Of a stretch of 64,000 bases of DNA, positions 36,072 to 48,785 are shown in pieces; position 1 is the stretch's first letter; each line of letters begins with the position of its first letter. Under the pieces are notes generated by a model that saw nothing but the letters and a program-made list of their open reading frames with translations, did no database searches and was not told the origin of the DNA. This DNA comes from Lingula anatina (Eukaryota; Animalia; Brachiopoda): the NCBI GenBank assembly GCA_051362555.1, contig CM120643.1:4960001-5024000 (forward strand). The letters run 5' to 3'. The position numbers and the translations under genes were made by a program.

Positions 36072-38231
36072 AACTAGAGGATCAGAGAGGCGATACCACC
36101 TCCAGATATTGTACCACCAGCTGGAGTAAGCGCATTCGTATGGACCCCCCCCCCCCCCCAAAAAAAAAGGGACACCACTACCGGTCTTGTGCTTGACAAG
36201 AGATAAAAGGGAACCAAAATTTGCAAAATTCAATTCATCATGAAAAGTAGGTCAAAGGTCAATTTCAAGGTCACACTTAGATTTGCCAGTATATGACTTC
36301 CTATCCAAGTTCAATAGTAACTATGGACCTATCTCTGCCAGTTTTGAAAGTATAAGCATTAAAAAAGTTGCAAAGTTCAGTTTATGGTGTAAAGTAGGTC
36401 AAAGGTCAATTTCAAGGTCAAAGTAAGATAACAAGTATACGACTTCCTATTCAACATCAATAGTAACTATGGACCTATCTCTGCCAGGTTTGGAGTTAAA
36501 AGGAAAAGAAATTAGCAAAGTTCAGTTCATGGTGAAAAGTAGGTCAAAGGTCAATTTTAAGGTCACAGTAAATTGCCTCTAATGACTTTGTATTCAAATT
36601 CAATAGTAACTATGGGCGTATCTTTGCCATTTTTAGAGATAAAGGGAACCAAAATTTGCAAAAATAAGTGCATGGTGAATAGTAGGTCAAAGGTCAATTT
36701 CAAGGTCACACTTAGATTGCCAGTATATGACTTCCTATTCAAGTTCAATAGTAACTATAGACCTATCTCTGCCAGTTTTGGAGATAAAGGGGAACAAAAA
36801 TTTGCAAAGTTCAGTTTATGGTGTAAAGTAGGTCAAAGGTCAATTTCAAGGTCACTTAGATTGCCAGTATATGACTTCCTATCCAAGTTCAATAGTAACT
36901 ATGGACCTATCTCTGCCAGTTTTGTAGATAAAAGGGAACAAATATTTGCAAAGTTCAGTTCATGGTGAAAAGTACTTCAAAGGTCAATTTCAAGGTCACA
37001 CTTAGATTGCCAGTATATGACTTCCTATCCAAGTTCAATAGTAACTATGGACCTATCTCTGCCAGTTTTGTAGATAAAAGGGAACAAAAATTTGCAAAGT
37101 TCAGTTCATGGTGAAAAGTAGGTCAAAGGTCAATTTCAAGTTCACATTTAGATTGCCAGTATATGACTTCCTATTCAACTTCAATAGTAACTATGGACCT
37201 ATCTCTGCCAGTTTTGGAGATAAAAGGGTACCAAAATTTGCAAAGTTCAATTCATGATGAAAAGTAGGTCAAAGGTCAATTTCAAGTTCACATTTAGATT
37301 GCCAGTATATGACTTCCTATTCAAGTTCAATAGTAACTATGGACCTATCTCTGCCAGTTTTGGAGATATAAGGGACTAAATGTTATAATTTTGGAGTTAC
37401 TATAATGTGCCATAAATTTATTAAAATAAAGAAAAGGTCATTTTGGTTGAAATTCTTGAAATGGGAGGTGCTCAGAAGTTCCAGATGTTCACATTTCATG
37501 AAATAATGTCATTTTTGACCAGAGGTTATCTGCCTCACCAAGCCTTATGTTTTATTTTCCCAGGGTTCAAAATTTAGTATCTATTACTGTACTGCACATT
37601 TTGCTTTCACCACCAATACCTACTTTTTGATACAGCGTAACTCGAAAACCGTATGGAATACAAAAAAACGGAGACCACTTGCAGTGTTGGGCTTTACATG
37701 CTCTACAAAATGCAAAAAAGATTGGGTCTCTAGCATTAATGGTTCCCGAATTAGAGACAGTTTTCAGTTTCGGTATCTTATGGCCGCAACTCCCGTGAAA
37801 ATGCACCAATTGACCCCAAATTCACGGTGATGAAAGATGACCCGAAGGGTAACTCTTTCCAATAATATTATTGGTTAAGTCTGTGTAGTGTCTGAATAAC
37901 AGCGCAAATAATTTTTTTTTCATAAAAAATTTTGTTTTTTTGAAAATTTTGGCCCGTTTGACCTTGAAATAAAGGTTAAAGGTCAAATCCAAGGGCATAT
38001 TTGAAATCTACACATATGACTTTTGGAAAGCCATCTGTAGAAATTTTTCCCATATTTCCTTCCGTAGGGTAGATAATTAGCATTTAATTTTGCCATTTTT
38101 GGACAAGGGTGCATTGCAATGAGTGCCACACCTAGACCCCAGCACCGACAAAGCCCAAATTTTACGTGAAATGAGTTAAATTATAGGTGACCTAAATCCA
38201 AGAGATGGGTACGTAGGCCCTAGTAGTCTAG
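36072..38231 (+). mobile_element. Helentron-type non-autonomous element with ~8 copies of the 146-bp unit
   Basis: Same head as 29604. Unit spacing is 146 bp (GGTC at 37121 and 37267). The 3' body is homologous to 31551-32365. Confidence 0.72.
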
Positions 38232-38234
38232 TAG

Positions 38235-38563
38235 TAACACATGTAAACCACTTCTACTATTTTCTTATATCACTCAAATAAATTCGACATACCCAGGAAT
38301 AAACTGAATAAATCACTTGATCAGCCATAAAAGAGGCTTTAGACTGCTCCTTTCTTTAAATTTTTGGTCGGAAATTTAACCTACTTTCGTGACCTACTTT
38401 TCTTCCCCATTGACGTACAGCATAGAATGCTAGAAGAAAAATCCGTTCAAACATCATTTTCGGGTAAAACTTAACAATGGTAATTCTCTTAGTTATACTA
38501 CTTGAAACTATATGCTGGCATTTGGTTGGTTTTTGTGGCAAAAAAATGAGTTTGTATGCATCT
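38235..38563 (+). mobile_element. Non-autonomous Kolobok derivative with a truncated left tip
   Basis: Ends in TTTGTATGCATCT followed by TTAA (38564-38567). 38419-38563 aligns with the right end of 12174-20876. TAAACCACTTCTACTA matches the left subterminal region at ~12214. Confidence 0.75.
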
Positions 38564-38567
38564 TTAA

Positions 38568-38780
38568 GGGCGCATTCCCATAGATTTTAGATCGATCTAT
38601 CCCCGTGGGGAGTCTCTCTAGATTACTGTCATATAATCCGGCTTAAATGTCCGTCCCGCCTACTGCAATCTGTAAGAGGGTAATTAACTTTCGTGCCCGC
38701 TCGGCTGACAGCTATTTAGCGTGAACCCCAGGGAGTTAGGTCGATCTAGTTGGATCGATCTAATCTCTGGGAATGGGGTC
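38568..38780. mobile_element. Family A Harbinger-like MITE
   Basis: TAA TSD; ends GGGCGCATTCCCATAGA / TCTCTGGGAATGGGGTC. Confidence 0.8.
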
Positions 38781-38951
38781 TAAGATTTATTGAGCTTTTT
38801 AAACACTAAATCCTTTTTCTTCTCACACCCACCCACAAACACACAAATGCACACTCTCTCACACATACACAATAATTTTCTTCTACAGACACATGATTTG
38901 AAAAATGTGGAGATTTTACATTAAGTGTGGTCTCTCTTTTCTTTCTTCTCT

Positions 38952-38985
<34 letters not shown>

Positions 38986-39695
38986 GTGACACTGTTTCAC
39001 TTTCTCTCTCATAAACACACAAACATTCAATCTGGATAGACACCAATCCCTTCTCCCCCAGAAGGAACACTACCGTATTCAAAATGATTCTATATTGCAA
39101 TTATAAATAAATTTCACCCCAGGTGAAGTATACTGTCGATATGTGTCCTTGGGACTATCATCAATACAGAATAGGCTTTTCAATTATTTTCTATACACGG
39201 TACATAATTTGATACCTATTTTTTCATAGTCCTCCATCTGATTTATTTTTATTTATTTATTTATTTATTTTTTGTATCAAATTGAAGATACATCTGTGTC
39301 AGTACATAAAAATCTGTTCAAAAATCATTTTCGGGTAAAATCAAACAATCAAATTTTAATTATGCACAACAGGTAATACCAATTAAAGTAAAAGCAGTGC
39401 CAAAAATAGAGTTCTCTTCAATTTTGATGCAATATTACATAAAGCTTAACAGCTAAATGACCATCAATATTTAATGGTAATATAAAAGTATAATGGATAT
39501 TCAGAAAATGTGACTTACAAAGGTCTTCAAACCAATGGAAGTTCAAGGTCACATCTTGAAAATGTTGTTAAGTGAAAAATTAAATTTTCACAAAAAACTG
39601 TATAACTTCCAGCAAATTAACTAATGAGACAGATTTTCCAACTGAAGCTGTATTTCAGTCCTATGTTTATTTCCTGTAAGTGTGAGAGAGAATAA

Positions 39696-39921
39696 GGGTG
39701 CTTTCCCAGAGATTTAGATCGATCTAAAGATTAAGTTTTAGATTGACCTTACTCCCTGGGGGTTCATGCTAAATTGCAGTCAGCCGAGCGGGCACCATAG
39801 TTAATTACCCCCTTACAGCTTTTAGTAGGCGGGACAGACGCTTAAGCCGGCCAAGCTGACAGTAATCTGGTGAGACTCCCCACAGGGATAGATCAATCTA
39901 AAAATCTATGGAAATGGGGTG
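39696..39921. mobile_element. Family A Harbinger-like MITE
   Basis: Homologous to the other family A copies; TAA/CAA flanks. Confidence 0.75.
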
Positions 39922-41719
39922 CAAGTGACATGGTTTTCCTTTAACGGTCACTATGGAGGTTCAGCAGTTAAAAGTGCTTGTCAATTCAGTGTACACAATG
40001 GATAGTGTTCCATCTAAAAAAATTGCAAAAATTGAAAGATTCAGTGTTTTCTACATGTAAATTAGCAATGCATATTATGAAAGTCAATGTGTAGTTGACT
40101 TGAAATACTAGTCAGTATGAAAGTATAAAATCTTAAAACATTCAGTCTGTTAATAGACATGAATATGATCAGAAACTTATAATATACTTTTACATGCAGG
40201 TTGGTTTCCACAGTCTTTTTTCCATCTAATACGTGAACATTAATTGGCAGATTTAGAATATTAAAACTTCTAACTGTTACAGTATACACTGAGAGTCAGT
40301 ATTATGTATTTCAATTTAGTTTGGAAAAAATTAATATATCAACATTTATTACCAGTATACTATTACTAAGGACCCAAATATTGACTGGGCTGGCTCATGG
40401 ATAAAACCTTTTTACCTAACTGATGGAATTTTAACTTTTAACTACTGCTAAATGAGAATGTTCAACCAAATAAATTGATAATTTTAGCAAAAAATTAAAT
40501 CAATCAACATGATAATGTGGTTTTATGTGCCGGATGAAACCTACTTCAATGTTTAATCTTTGGTCTGTTTTTCTCCCTTTTTGTAAAATCTATAAACGCT
40601 CTATCTACCCTGTGTGTGTGTGTGTGTTTTGAGGGGTGGGTGGGGGATGGAGGGGGTTGTCCTCAGGTCCTTGGTCCATCATCAGCCTATGCTGTACATG
40701 GATGAATTCAGGATATACTGTCAGTCAATGAAAACGCATCAGAAAACTTTCTTGTATTTTTTTACTGAGAATCGATTCCAACCATTTAAACGAGTACAAA
40801 TGCACTTGTTTGGTCATAAGACAGTGGGCTGACCACTCGGATGTTTAAAATTTACGCTTGATTGACTTTGTGACCAGCTGTTACAAAATCATGTGTTTTT
40901 CCTGTCTCATGATTGTTGTGAATTAATCAGGTTCAATATATGGTGATTAATTAAGCCTATTTAAGGTAGTCACCAAATCCAGTATGACACATGACAAAAA
41001 AGCTCAGTGATGCCACATCTGACACTGAAAGAGTGACTGCGGGCCCTGGGGATGCTGGAGGATGGGTGGAACAAAAGAGATTTGATTACGTGACCTTGTA
41101 TTTTAATGATCTTTTCTGACCTTTATTTCACCTTATGTAACTTAATAATGGGTCATATTTCACGCGTAAACTGTTATTTTCTTAATGTGCCAAAGAAACA
41201 AAAATATTATTTGATAAATAAATGATGCGTTTTCATTGACTGTCAGTCTTTCCACTTAATATTTGTTTTTCTGCCATCACCTACTAAGTCTTTTAGAGCT
41301 ATCCCCCACCCTCCAAGAGAAATAATAAAAAATAAAATTATGACAAACAATGCGCAATTTAGTGCATTTTAAAGGATGAAAAACACGCTTGCGTGACCTT
41401 AGATGGCACCAAGACAAATATATTGTAGTGAACCATTAATAATACTGATAAGTTTAAATCTGCATGTATATGATTTGCATATTTGTTTAATTTATTCAGA
41501 TGTATTTAAGCATGGCAGCTTGCATGTGGTGAACCATTAATAGTACTGATATTAGTAGTTAGATTTCCATGTATGTGATTTGCATATTTGTTTAATTTAA
41601 ATGTACCTACAGTTAAGTTTTAATCTATTCAAATGCGTGTTGCATGTCAGTTATGGAAGTTCATTTAAAATGTAAATTAAGATCGAGTATAAAAACAGCA
41701 ACCGAGCCTCAGAGAGGGC

Positions 41720-41765
41720 GAGATAGATAGAAGAGATATGGATAGAGAGACATAGATATAGGTAG

Positions 41766-41810
<45 letters not shown>

Positions 41811-41877
41811 GCAGAGACTTGAAACAGAGGTTGAGACATAGGAGAGACATACATAGATAGAGACCTAGATATAGAAT

Positions 41878-41920
<43 letters not shown>

Positions 41921-41985
41921 AGAGACTTGAAACAGAGGTTGAGACATAGGAGAGACATACATAGATAGAGACCTAGATATAGAAT

Positions 41986-42018
<33 letters not shown>
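41720..42018. repeat. (GA)n microsatellites within a ~108-bp tandem duplication
   Basis: Three GA tracts separated by the repeated spacer GCAGAGACTTGAAACAGAGGTTGAGACATAGG. Confidence 0.9.
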
Positions 42019-42019
<1 letters not shown>

Positions 42020-43097
42020 GAGTTTTACAGTCAGTCAAATAAACCATGTAGCAGAAAACTACACCTGCCTGTCTCAGTTGCCCCACTGGTGAAAAAGAAA
42101 ATCTAAGAACCTGAATAACCAACTGATGAGTTATTACAGTATATTATCATTCTAAAGATATTCTGAGTATAATGTGTACATGCCCACTTTATAAAATTTT
42201 GAGAATTTGGTGTAAGTTCAAAAATTTTAGCAGAAAATGAAAGAGCTAATTGTGGACCTCACTGCACTTTCTTTCAGGACTACATTCAGAACATAAACTA
42301 CCCATCCTGAATCTGCTAACATTATATATGAAAATTGAAACTATAATAATATCTCCGAAAGTTCAGCTTCATGAGAGGACTGCTCAATATTTTGATACAA
42401 GATTAAAATAACTTTGATTAAAATATAACTTTCAACTAACTAGTACTAAAATCCTCTTGTTGTGGTATTGGTGGGACTTAATTCATGACATGATTCAATC
42501 TTAAAGGACTAGGAGTGAATGAGGCTGAAGGCATTTTCATATCTTCTCTTCATACCTGATATATCAGACATACACCTGTAGTCTGAATTTATGAACTTTA
42601 ATCTCCTAATGGGACTAGAATGAAGAAGACTGAAATGTTTTGTCATTTTCAAAGGACAATGGCAATATGATACACACATTTTAAATCTTTCAAAAATATA
42701 TGAACTCGGCCAGCCTTTTATGAATATTCATCAGTTCTGTAAGTTTCAAGCCAAAAGGTAAAACCTTGTTCCACTTATCATGTTTGGTAAAAGTGCACAG
42801 CAACGACGGCATCAACAGACGCAGCTAGGTAACGGTGACACATCTGTGTCTGTACATAAAGATTGCTTTTAATTCATGAAAAATCTGTAAAATATGACTT
42901 CTTGTGACATTTGACCCCGTATCAGTGGCACTTGACTAATTGTCATACATTCAAGATTTATAAAATTGATTGTTCCATCCTTTGCAAATTGCCTCTATAA
43001 AGATGTATAATGCATTGTGATATTTTTAATCAAATTGATATGGCAAGCATTTTCTCTCCCCTACCCCCCTTTCAAAGAACCCACATTTTGAATGTTA

Positions 43098-43507
43098 GAC
43101 CGCATTCTCAACGAATTGAGCCATGCGGAAGCTACCTGAGAAATAGTAAGTGCGCATGCTCATCAGTTAAACTTGTGGTGAAGAAAGCATGGCGGCTGAA
43201 GGCGATCGAAGGAAAAAAGCTCTTCTGTTCTATTATCTTTCAAAACAGAGACGAAAAAGGAATGAATTGGCCCGTAGAGCAGCAATGAATCGACTATCTA
43301 CAGAGATAATATCACCAGAGATATTCATGGAGATATTCATGTTCGGAGCCGAGATTTAATTACTGCACCCCGCAGGGACGACGTGTGGGGAGGCGTGTGA
43401 GAGGCGGAGAGACTATTAAAAGATTAGGCGGTTTTTCTTTCATGTACGTCTGCCATTTTTAGTCTCAGGATTTGTAAAGCCTGGCTCAATTCGTTGAGAA
43501 TGCGGTC
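43098..43507. mobile_element. Harbinger-like MITE (family C, 410 bp) with a TTA TSD
   Basis: TIR GACCGCATTCTCAACGAATTGAGCCA. TTA at 43095-43097 and 43508-43510. The paralogous flank at ~43880 is empty. Confidence 0.88.
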
Positions 43508-45679
43508 TTAGGCTCACATTTTTTTTAGTTCGCATGACTTTTTCAAATAGGACAGTTGAGAATCCAAATTTTGTTCATAAGCATTAGACTATACCATGTT
43601 TAAAAACAGTAACCAAATTGTAATTTCTTTCTCAAACAACATTTATTAAAAAGATTTTGGTTTTAATTTATAAAAAAAATTCACAAAATATGACCTTCTT
43701 GTGACATCTGACCCATCATCAATTACCTTGACTTATTATCATGCATTCATAACTTATGAAATTAAATTGTCCCATCCCTTACCTCCATAAGGATATATAT
43801 TTTATTGATGTATCTTAAATCATATTGATATGGCAAGCATTTTCTCTCCTCTACCTCCACTTTCAAAGAAGGCATATTTGGACTGTGAGGTTCACATTCT
43901 TTTACATAATTTTCTAAATTAAGACAGCTGATGCTCCAAATTTTAGTAATTTAATTAATTAATTACTAATAGCTTTAGACTATACTATGTCATTCACCAA
44001 ATACCATATTCTTATTATTCCAACAATGATTTTAAAAAGTGGTTTTAAGTTTTGAAAAATCCCTGGGGCCCTCTAAAGAGCCCCCAAAAATGTTGGTATT
44101 TTAGAGGACAAACAGTGCCATTTGGTAAGTATGATTCAGCTACTCAATATTCTAATTTCAAGAGCGGACCGTTGCTGTGATTTTTTTTTTCAGACAGTGA
44201 AAGGGGGGGGGGGGGGTCAGGACCCCCCTGACCCCCATCTAAATCCGTCACTGCATTTAACCCATTACCAATGACCCTTGACCATGCATTCATGACTTAT
44301 GAAATTAATTGTCCCATCCCTTGCCTCCATAAGGATATACAATGTATCGATATATAGGAGACATATAGGCCTTTCTAAATATCACTGTTTCGTCCCTTTT
44401 TTGGTAAGTGTCAATATAGCTGGCTCATGGGCCAATATTGAATATATGCCAATTAGGATGTTTTTACAGATATGTAAAGATGTGGGTGCTTTCCTTGAAA
44501 AAACTAGGTCTGGGTAATCCAAAGTAGAGAGAATAATCTAAAAATATAATACCCAAAGCAAAAGACTTGAAACAAATAGCCTTCACCAAACCAACCAATG
44601 AATATAATACCTATTCATCATGCGCAAGCTAGCATAGCTAGGTGAACATCAAGGAAATGTTTGTTTAGTTAAAGTTTAACTGTAAATTCCAACTTAATTA
44701 CTTATACCCGTAAAGTGACATATTACTATTTCACAATTGGTCATCATAATAGCATTTAATATATCTTATACATAATACATATGAAGAACTACTAGTACTA
44801 GTACTCACTGTAGGGGCAAGCTATAGTGCTATGATCTAAGTATCAAAGTTTGAGTTTGTTGACAAAATATTGAAGTGTGAATGGTTTGAAAACACATGCC
44901 TTAGTTACATCAGGGGCCACTAAGTGCCACAGTTTTTCTTTGCTCCAAAGCATGTGTATCAGAACTACAACAAGTTTATCTGTAATGTTGGTGTAATTTG
45001 TAAAGGACTCTACAATACTATGAACTGGTATTCTTTCTGGTTTATGAAAAGCCAGACTACATTAAACCAAAATAAAAAAAGAAGAGGTGTGTAGATACAA
45101 CTGCCAAAATGATGAGATAGCAAATGCATGATAAAAACCTTGCCAGCTGTCGTCCATCAACAACTAGTTTACTGAAAACTGGTCAGGTTACAATTCAAAT
45201 GTTATTTGATGCTTCATGCTGATGTCCATAAATTTGGATACATGCAAATGCAGTTTTTTTTATAGCTCATACCCGTTATGCTCATCATGCAGTCTTGTAC
45301 ACAGCAATCACTGAATCTAGGAGTCCCTTAGTATAAAATGTTTGATGGTGCAGCAGACCAGCCCTAATAGACTTAATTAAAATTCCCAGCAATACTTTAA
45401 TATTTCATGAATCAAACCACTGCATGTGTCTTCTTCAGTTGAAGGAGACAAAAGTACTTGCATTGGAAAGCTAGTTACAATGACTTCCACCTATTAAGTT
45501 ATTGGCTGTAATTATTTCCCTGTGTGAAGATTTGTATTGGGGATCACTACACTTCCCAAAAATTCACTTATTTTTACTTAAAGCCCACATAAAAATAATG
45601 ATTAAGTATTATAAAATATATGGATGATTAATTTTAAAAAGTTGTGTGTGCATGCTTGGTGCCCATTTGTGTTCAATAA

Positions 45680-47035
45680 TATTTGTTAAAGAAGTAGATC
45701 TAGTACTTGTTTGAGTTCTTTTTTTTTTGGTCATTATGCTCAAAGCAATATACTTTTCTTTATATGCATGGTTAAATGTATACTTTTCTTTATGTGGTTA
45801 AATATATAAAAAATGTGGGTTTTTGTTGTTTTATTTTCTGAATTAATTTATTTAGACTAATTTTATTTTAGATTAATTCTGTAAGCTATAGTATTAGTCG
45901 GAAAAGCACTGCCAGTTGTACAATCACATTATAAGCAATTGAGCAAAGAGTGGAAATGTGAGGCAAGTAGCAGGTTGAAAAGGGTTAATGTCTTTACCAA
46001 CACTACATAAATTTTATGTAGCCATTAACAAGGACCTCTTCTAGTGGGTATATGACTCTTTGAAATCTCCAAGCTCAAACTTGTTTTTTTTTCTTTTTTA
46101 AGGCGTGGGGCTACAAAAATATTTGTTAAAGAAGTAGATCTAGTATTGTCTTAAATTTTTTGGTCATTATGCTAAAAGCAATATACTTTTCTTTATATGG
46201 TTAAATACCTAAAAATATGGTTTTTTGTTGTTTTATTTTCTGAATTAATTAATTTAGATGTGGGTTTTTTATGTGTTAAATGTCCACCTCTAGTACGTGA
46301 TAATGTTGCCGATGTGTAGCACACAATAAGCATACATGTAGTATGTATGGATGGACGCATGGATTTGCGGGTGAAAGTATTTCTGTATATTCATGTTCTT
46401 TTTTATTTATCTGTATTTAATTATTGTAATTATCATCATTATTATATGCATTTAATTTTTGATTATTTGTTTAAATATTTTACTTTATATATATATTTAC
46501 TTTTTTTCACTGAGTGAATAAAGTTTTTTAAAAATGTGGGTTTTTATAGTTTTATTTTCTGAATTAATTAATCTAGACTTATCTTATTTTAGATTAATTC
46601 TGTAAGCTATAATATTAGTAAGAAAAGCACTGCCAGTTGTACAATCACATTGCAAGCAACTGAGCAGAGTGGAAATGTGAGACAAGTAGCAGGCTGAAAA
46701 GGGTTAATGTCTTTACCAACACGACAATAGTACATACATTTCAATAATAAACCACCAAAAAAGAGTATGAAGGTTTAAATCCCAAAGGTAGGCTGTGTTA
46801 GAGGACACTGTTCAACACTGCACGATTAGAAGAAATGTGCAGGTATCACCGGCCAAGACTGTAGAGCAACACCAATCTAACTTAACACATTTTCATACAT
46901 CAATATATCATCAACAAAATAAAGGGCCACCAGGATCTCCTTTGTATTTTACCTCCCTAATGTACAGGTTTAATATCCATTGAGGACCTCTTCTAGTGGG
47001 TATATGACTCTTTGAAATCTCCATGCTCAAACTTT
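45680..47035. repeat. Local segmental duplication (45680-46080 repeated in pieces at 46120-46725 and 46983-47033)
   Basis: Repeated blocks AATATTTGTTAAAGAAGTAGATCTAGTA, GAAAAGCACTGCCAGTTGTACAATCACATT and AGGACCTCTTCTAGTGGGTATATGACTC. Confidence 0.8.
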
Positions 47036-48059
47036 TTTCTTTTTTTTTTTTTTTTTTTTGGGGGGGGGGGGTTACAGGTATATTTTTTGTTTAAATGTCT
47101 TGAGGAATCAGTCAATATTGACCAACAAAATACATCACATAGGTATATTGTAACTATATATATATATAACTAGAGCGGGGGGGGGGGGGGGGAGCATATA
47201 TACCGAGTTGCATATCTGCTGACTGAAAATCTGCTTTGAAAACTAAAAAAAAAAAAAAACGAAAATTAACCATACATCCCTTGAAATCGGTGCAGGCAGT
47301 ATAGGAATGTAGCCTCTACGGTTATGAGATTTTGCCATTCAGTACAACCTGACCAGCACTCCCACTTCTTTAAAACTTATCACCAGATTTAGACGACTTG
47401 AGAAAACTCTCAAAAAAAAAAAAAAGAAAAAAAAATCCAAAACTCTGGAACACTTTCGTGCATTCACGTATCATATATAAGATTAATATTCCAAAAACTG
47501 AAAAATGACGTAAATTTTGCTGTCCTTGTGACTTAACAAAACTTACCTTTTCATCGTTGTTGGCATGATCCGTCTGTACACTTTCACACTTGCTGTGCAT
47601 CAGCTACTCTGGAATTCATATGGAAAATGAGCAGACTGGACACCGCCCGCATGTAACTCTGCAACTCAGACGTTCAACATTCAGCTGTTCCAACATCGAT
47701 GTACGCCCATTTATATAAAAAAATTCCTTAAACTCAAGTAGTTTACTTAAAAATTTACCAGACTGAAACTAATATAGTGCGTTTCAAACAAATCTAGATT
47801 TAGGCAATACAATTTACAAGCTGCTTTGACAGCAAGAAAGCAGACGACCTCGGCATCTATGCAAGACAAGCCCAAAAGGCTCACTCACAGCGGTGAGTGT
47901 CAGCGTTAAAAGTTATATTTTGACAAGGACGATATTTCATTACTTTAGTAAATCTATGTATAAAAAAAAGGTTATCACAAAATACTTACATTTAAAGAAT
48001 CGCCTTTTTATTTATTTATTAATTATTATTATTATTATTATTATTATTATTTTTATTTT

Positions 48060-48240
48060 TATTTAAGAGTTTTGCACTCTGACTCGGAACCACTTGGATG
48101 TCTCCGCACTCGACAATAATGTATGGAGCTTGCAGAGTCAGCCGAGGATTGCCGATTGGCACTCTTGAGAAGTGACCTGGGAAACTGACCTGGGGCCGGA
48201 AGAGCACAGGTCTCAAACTACTGCGCATGCGCAAAAGTAC
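48060..48240. promoter_or_regulatory. Candidate promoter/first-exon region with a perfect NRF1-type palindrome TGCGCATGCGCA (48222-48233)
   Basis: CpG-richer patch. Minus-strand GTAAGT donors lie at 47989 and 47546, with an AG/GT-bounded exon candidate at 47608-47547. Confidence 0.4.
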
Positions 48241-48785
48241 GCTGTTTGCAATAAACAAAAGCCTGTCGGTGTTTACCGTCTGGTTGATTTGATTTAATTG
48301 CTTTCTGGCGTTGTTTTAAGAAGTCATATTAGAAATATTCTGTTGATTGTATGTTTTAAAAAGCAAATCCATCGGACTTTCCTTTGATTAACATTCATTT
48401 TGCCCTCATTGTATAGTGTTATATGTGGCCCCAAGGGATTTTACACCCCTCCCCCCACTCTTGATTAATACAATTCTTCGTCGGGCAGATTGAAAATTAT
48501 ATCGCAAAATACATTAAAAATCGTAGGAAGGTTAATTGCAGATAATGTTGTGAGGATATTCTAGTCGAACTCGGCTAATATAAAAACTTTAACTTCGTCT
48601 TACGATATATTGGAGCGTCTGTACTAATTTTTGAAAGCGAGGCAAAGGAGCCAAACAATACGATACAATTTGTAATCTCATAAAAATGGATATTTTTAAA
48701 TATATTTTATAGCCGGGCGTACATCAAAAGGCGACTCTTTTATGTGATATTTAATAATAATTAATTTAAAAGATACGATATAATA

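Noticed and set aside
36573-36968. 131-aa ORF and similar ORFs at 29119-30878
   Set aside because: These are chance read-throughs of 146-bp repeat units; the unit length is not a multiple of 3.
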